Shown in pieces: positions 31,247 through 34,934 of a DNA stretch of 34,934 nucleotides (position 1 is the first letter of the stretch; each line of letters starts with the position of its first letter). The stretch is from an uncultured Ruminococcus sp. (GTDB lineage: Bacteria > Bacillota > Clostridia > Oscillospirales > Ruminococcaceae), in assembly GCA_937901485.1 (NCBI GenBank), contig CALGTT010000173.1, positions 1 to 34,934 of the forward strand, in the 5' to 3' direction. Below the pieces are notes generated by a model. That model was not told where the DNA came from and made no database searches. It saw only the letters and a list, made by a program, of their open reading frames with translations. Position numbers and translations under genes: made by a program.

Positions 31247-32053
31247 GTGAAACTTGAATCAAACCACGAATTCGAGCAGCGTGCACTGCTGGAGCTGAAC
31301 AGAATGCTTGACGAAGAAATGGCAAAGCCCCACAATGAGAGGGATTACAAAAAGATCAAGGAAATATCCGCGGCGTGTGCGGCGGTACTGGATGATGCAG
31401 AACAGGAGCAAGAGGTAATGGAACAGGGGTTCAAAAAGATGATGGCGAAGATCAACAAGCCGGTGATCTCCGTGCGCAGGCGTATTCAGGTCGCGGTGGC
31501 GGCGGCTGGTACGGCGGCGGTGCTGGTCGGTGCGAATCTTTACACCGTCACCGCGTACAACACGAACGTCTTTTCCGCGCTGGTCAAGATCGCGGACGGC
31601 AGCTTTGCACTGAACCCACAGCCGACAGAATCAACCGATCTGCCGACCACACCGGAAGATCCCTACGGCATCAAGGCGGAGTGTGCCAAGCACGGCATTA
31701 CGGATGTTCTTGCGCCGACCTATCTCCCCGAAGGCTTTGTGCTGGAAGATGTCAGCCATAACAACACCGAAGGATACCTCAATAGAGTTCGCTTTGATTT
31801 TTATGATGCTCACCGCAATGTGATTCTGATTATCTATAGCCAGTGGGCTAATGATACACTGCACGGCAACACCCCTTGTGACGATTATAACCTGACAGAA
31901 ACTGAAATTGACGGAAACCCTGCAATCATCTCACAGGAGGACGGTCAGTATGTACTGGTCTTCCGCAACGACACCAATCTGGAAACAAAGCTCTGGATGG
32001 AGGGTGTGGATTACAAAGAATGCGACATGGTCGTTGCATCCCTTGATGATTGA
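31247..32053 (+). CDS. Single-pass membrane protein with an extracytoplasmic DUF4367-like domain (anti-sigma factor candidate)
   Basis: GTG start, with SD GAGGTGA 6 nt upstream. Helical cytoplasmic N-domain, one TM (VAVAAAGTAAVLVGANLY), then LAPTYLPEGFVLEDV ... VRFDFYD ... TEIDGNPAII ... VLVF, typical of DUF4367. No zinc-finger anti-sigma motif. The role is inferred from gene context. Confidence 0.7.
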   Translation: MKLESNHEFEQRALLELNRMLDEEMAKPHNERDYKKIKEISAACAAVLDDAEQEQEVMEQGFKKMMAKINKPVISVRRRIQVAVAAAGTAAVLVGANLYTVTAYNTNVFSALVKIADGSFALNPQPTESTDLPTTPEDPYGIKAECAKHGITDVLAPTYLPEGFVLEDVSHNNTEGYLNRVRFDFYDAHRNVILIIYSQWANDTLHGNTPCDDYNLTETEIDGNPAIISQEDGQYVLVFRNDTNLETKLWMEGVDYKECDMVVASLDD

Positions 32054-32080
32054 AATTTCTGAGGAAAGGAGGTGAGCGTG

Positions 32081-32536
32081 ATGAAGAAAGCTATATCACT
32101 GCTCTGTGCAGTACTGCTGACAGCGAATCTCACAGTGACACTGCCGACAACAGCAGCAACTGGAGAGGGTACAGAGGACGCAGTGATCTTCTCCACAGGA
32201 TTGATCATTGATCACGAGATTTCTGTGTCCAATTCCAATGGTCAGCTCTGTATCAATGGCGATACGGAAGCCAGTGAAACAATGAAAAGCATTGGCTTTA
32301 CGGACATTCTGATTGAACGGAGCAGCAACGGCACAAGCGGCTGGTCAACGGTATTCTATCCGGACGATGTACTGGCATCGAATGCAAAGAGTTGCAGTTT
32401 CAACAATTACATGCAGCCCGTTGTCAAGGGTTACTACTACCGCGTGACCTGCACGCACTACGCAAAGGAAAGCGGCATCTGGTTTCCGAAATCGGAAAGC
32501 ATTACCGCGACTTCAAACACCGTTTACATCGGATAG
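32081..32536 (+). CDS. 151-aa secreted beta-rich protein, unknown function
   Basis: Track ORF trimmed to ATG 32081 (MKKAISLLCAVLLTANLTVTLPTTAATG), with GGAGG 8 nt upstream. Signal peptide present. No recognisable domain. Confidence 0.7.
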   Translation: MKKAISLLCAVLLTANLTVTLPTTAATGEGTEDAVIFSTGLIIDHEISVSNSNGQLCINGDTEASETMKSIGFTDILIERSSNGTSGWSTVFYPDDVLASNAKSCSFNNYMQPVVKGYYYRVTCTHYAKESGIWFPKSESITATSNTVYIG

Positions 32537-32592
32537 AAGCTTCTGTCCGTTGTACAAAAACCAAAATCATAAAACAGAAAGGATGATTTCAG

Positions 32593-33750
32593 ATGAAAAT
32601 CAAAAAGACTCTTGCCGCAGTACTGGCAGCACTTTGCATGACCAGTACAATGCCCGCCGTGATCTCCTCGGCTACCTATGACAACCACGATGTCAACCAC
32701 GACGGTTCAGTGGATATGCTGGATATCCTCGCGATCAATCAGCATCTGATGGGCTCGAAGTACTATATGGAATACAATCGCCTTGATGTGAACCAGAGCC
32801 ACACGGTGGATTCTGTAGACGCAAACTGTGTTCAGAATGAAGTACTGGGCATTGACTACTCGGTATTTTATATCCGTCAGTATGGCAACGGCTACAAGCA
32901 GCCTGTGTCGATGCCGGCTGTGAATTCCTTTACGCCGGATTCTTCTGCGACTCAGACAACAGGACGTACCTACAGAAGATATTCCTACAAAGAGGGCAAG
33001 TTTCTTTCAAACTATACCCTGACTCCCAACAATATGAGCCTTGATGCGGATACCACCCAGAGCAGAGGACTTATCAACAACGATGACAACCGCACCGTTG
33101 CACATGGTGCTGAAAATGCAGCGATCGTGGCTATCGGTACTGTCGGTACCGGCTTCATCGTTGGCGATCACACAATTGCAACTGCCGCAAGCTGTGTATA
33201 TGAAAGCGGACAGATCAAAGAAGATCTTTTCGTCTACAGACACGACACCACCGGCAATATTGTAGGCATCCCCATGTCCATTTCTGAGATCCATGTGCCT
33301 GCAAACTACAGCACAAAGGGTTCTCAATATGATTATGCACTGATCACTGTGGATCAGGATCTTTCCACCCTTCCCCATTTCGACATCGGCAATGCCTACA
33401 GCTTTACAGCAAGCGAAGCAGGCTCGATTCCGCTCCATGTCACAGGTCAGCCTGCTTCGGTGGGGGACGATCTGGATATCGAGAATCTTACAGGTGTTTT
33501 GTACACGCACAATGGCAGTGTTCACGACGACTCCAATGGTTCTATGTTCTATTTCAACATGGACGCAACTTCTGGACAGGAAGGTGCACCGGTCTACACG
33601 ATCACCCGTGAAGCCTACAATGGTGAGTTTTATTACACCTATACTGCACTTTCGCTCTTTGCGGCGGACAGTAATGGACGCAACCGTGGTCCGCGAATGA
33701 CCAAGCATCACCTTACATTCTATGGAAACAATCCCTATGTCAGCTATTAA
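32593..33750 (+). CDS. Secreted N-terminal-dockerin protein with a catalytically substituted trypsin-fold (S1B/V8-like) domain (pseudoprotease)
   Basis: 385-aa track ORF with a signal peptide. Dockerin: DVNHDGSVDMLDILAINQHLMG ... DVNQSHTVDSVDANCVQNEVLG. S1 fold blocks: GTGFIVGDHTIATAASCV (Ser where TAAHC has His), YDYALITV (Asp kept), DATSGQEGAPVY (Glu where GxSGxP has Ser). Confidence 0.85.
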   Translation: MKIKKTLAAVLAALCMTSTMPAVISSATYDNHDVNHDGSVDMLDILAINQHLMGSKYYMEYNRLDVNQSHTVDSVDANCVQNEVLGIDYSVFYIRQYGNGYKQPVSMPAVNSFTPDSSATQTTGRTYRRYSYKEGKFLSNYTLTPNNMSLDADTTQSRGLINNDDNRTVAHGAENAAIVAIGTVGTGFIVGDHTIATAASCVYESGQIKEDLFVYRHDTTGNIVGIPMSISEIHVPANYSTKGSQYDYALITVDQDLSTLPHFDIGNAYSFTASEAGSIPLHVTGQPASVGDDLDIENLTGVLYTHNGSVHDDSNGSMFYFNMDATSGQEGAPVYTITREAYNGEFYYTYTALSLFAADSNGRNRGPRMTKHHLTFYGNNPYVSY

Positions 33751-33762
33751 GGAGGAATCATT

Positions 33763-34587
33763 ATGAAAAAAAGATTGACAGCTATCATGACAGCTCTGCT
33801 CTGTATGTCCGCTCCCATGACCGCATTCGCAGAAGATGTAATTATCGAAACTGCTCCTCCCAGACCGGTTTACAATGTTAGCGGCGGAATCAGCTTTTAT
33901 ACGCTTCCTGAGGTAACGATCAAGACCGACAAATTTACTTACATCAGCAATACCAAGGTCAGCGACAGACAGGGTTTCTACCTTTTGACCGATATCGCTG
34001 CACCAGACCTGATGATCGTCGGTACTGAATATACTCCTGAAGGTGATTTCTGGGGCTATATCGTAACTCCGATCAATACCCTTGGATACGGTGTTGAGAA
34101 CCTCCAGCATGGTATCGGCACGATCAATCGTTATGTACTCGATTACAATTTCGGCGAGGAGCAGCCGGATTTTGAAATCGGCGATCTGATTCAGGTGGAC
34201 GGATATCTCTGCGGCGGCTATGCAACAGATATGGAGTGTGAACCCGAAGTCAGAATGGAATGCATCGGCAACGGCGTGGATATTTTCGGCGAAGCATTTT
34301 CAAGAGTTATCCGTATGCAGATGGTGATCGATCAGAAGATGTGCGATACATGGGATGAACGCAGAGAGGGTTACTTCACCTATGAAATCGTCAAGGGCGA
34401 TGTCAACATCGACGATGAACTTTCCGTCCTCGACTGCCTCGCCATCAACCGCAACCTGCTCACCGGCGAACCGCTCTGCGACTACGCAAAGCTTGCCGGT
34501 GACATCAACGAAAACGGCACGATCGACGCTGTGGACTCCCTGAGCATCCTGAAAGAATGCATCAACATCACAGAAAATTTCGAGTGA
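33763..34587 (+). CDS. Secreted protein with an unknown N-terminal domain and a C-terminal dockerin
   Basis: 274-aa track ORF. Signal peptide MKKRLTAIMTALLCMSAPMTAFA. Dockerin: GDVNIDDELSVLDCLAINRNLL ... GDINENGTIDAVDSLSILKECI. 12-nt gap from the preceding gene. Confidence 0.8.
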   Translation: MKKRLTAIMTALLCMSAPMTAFAEDVIIETAPPRPVYNVSGGISFYTLPEVTIKTDKFTYISNTKVSDRQGFYLLTDIAAPDLMIVGTEYTPEGDFWGYIVTPINTLGYGVENLQHGIGTINRYVLDYNFGEEQPDFEIGDLIQVDGYLCGGYATDMECEPEVRMECIGNGVDIFGEAFSRVIRMQMVIDQKMCDTWDERREGYFTYEIVKGDVNIDDELSVLDCLAINRNLLTGEPLCDYAKLAGDINENGTIDAVDSLSILKECINITENFE

Positions 34588-34621
34588 TCCCGCGCTGAGT
34601 CATAAAATGATATAGTGTCGG

Positions 34622-34658
34622 ACAGCCGCCCCGCTTTGTGGGCGGCTGTTCTCTGTTT
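34622..34658 (+). terminator. Rho-independent terminator ending the sigma / secreted-protein unit
   Basis: 9-bp stem ACAGCCGCC / GGCGGCTGT with a 10-nt loop, followed by the T-rich TCTCTGTTT. Confidence 0.6.
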
Positions 34659-34772
34659 CGGCGGCTCTGCATTTTCCGGAAATTTCCTGCACTTTCCTCC
34701 CCCATCACGGGCATACTATAGGAAAACCACTGAAACGAAGTATGCAGTCTGATCGAAAAGGATACTATCAGT

Positions 34773-34934
34773 TTGCTGAGGGAGTGCGATGCCGGTATTA
34801 AAATGGGCATTTCCTCCATTCAGGATTCCGTGAAGTACGTCCGGCACGATGACCTGCGGGACATTCTCGAACGCAGTCTGGAGGAGCACGAGCACATCAA
34901 GGACGACATGCAGGGCTTACTGGCGGACTACCAC
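34773..34934 (+). CDS. Hypothetical helical protein, 5' part only (runs off the right edge); start uncertain
   Basis: The frame is open from 34734 to the window end: ...SLIEKDTISLLRECDAGIKMGISSIQDSVKYVRHDDLRDILERSLEEHEHIKDDMQGLLADYH. The only plausible in-frame start with an SD (GAAAAGGA, 11 nt upstream) is TTG 34773. ATG 34803 is an alternative. Confidence 0.35.
   Translation, partial: MLRECDAGIKMGISSIQDSVKYVRHDDLRDILERSLEEHEHIKDDMQGLLADYH

Noticed and set aside
33007-34110. 367-aa minus-strand ORF
   Set aside because: It is antisense to two signal-peptide/dockerin genes and spans their intergenic gap.
34568-34819. 83-aa minus-strand ORF
   Set aside because: It spans the terminator and the promoter region between two plus-strand genes, and has no SD.
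1-34934. Search for CRISPR arrays, IS elements, transposases, integrases, prophage genes and rRNA
   Set aside because: I found no regularly spaced direct repeats, no terminal inverted repeats flanking an ORF, and no recombinase-like products in any frame. The only tandem repeat is the in-frame 66-bp repeat at 5284-5481.

Overview
34.9-kb chromosomal window, probably from a cellulosome-type, spore-gene-carrying member of the Clostridia (Oscillospiraceae/Ruminococcus-like). The taxon is an inference from seven dockerin-bearing and two cohesin-like secreted proteins, spoIIR, and Gram-positive SD and sigma-A signals. Hand counts on a few lines give about 55-57% G+C in most genes. I call 31 protein-coding regions. 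Several are short or tentative; some of these are missing from the ORF track and others are trimmed from longer track ORFs. I also call one tRNA-Leu(UAG), one in-frame 3 x 66-bp tandem repeat, and a set of sigma-A-type promoters and rho-independent terminators that fit the chosen gene starts and ends. Housekeeping genes are an Fe-ADH fragment, pdp, spoIIR, hflX, rtcB, ddh, a HisJ-type PHP phosphatase, a MATE exporter, a GNAT and a CPBP protease. They are interleaved with cell-surface or cellulosomal genes: a clan GH-A-like hydrolase, a double CE12 esterase, a dockerin-LTD-CotH protein, a cohesin-Cys-peptidase-dockerin protein and a Cthe_2159-like beta-helix lipoprotein. There is also a FIST-EAL c-di-GMP phosphodiesterase. 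I saw no CRISPR array, transposase, integrase, rRNA or phage genes. Three loci deserve follow-up. (i) A tightly packed rtcB / 55-aa polybasic ORF / hflX operon is preceded by an exact consensus promoter, an SD-led 32-codon uORF and an intrinsic terminator, which makes it a candidate ribosome-sensing attenuator for an RNA-repair/ribosome-rescue module. (ii) A lower-GC segment next to tRNA-Leu carries a small sigma factor, a DUF4367 anti-sigma candidate and three secreted proteins. One of these is a dockerin-tagged S1 protease fold in which both the catalytic His and the catalytic Ser are replaced. (iii) Two AT-rich small ORFs sit between an exact consensus promoter (followed by a tRNA-Leu-like D-arm remnant) and the tRNA-Leu gene, with no terminator in between. 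The long ORFs antisense to these genes are treated as shadow ORFs of a GC-rich genome.
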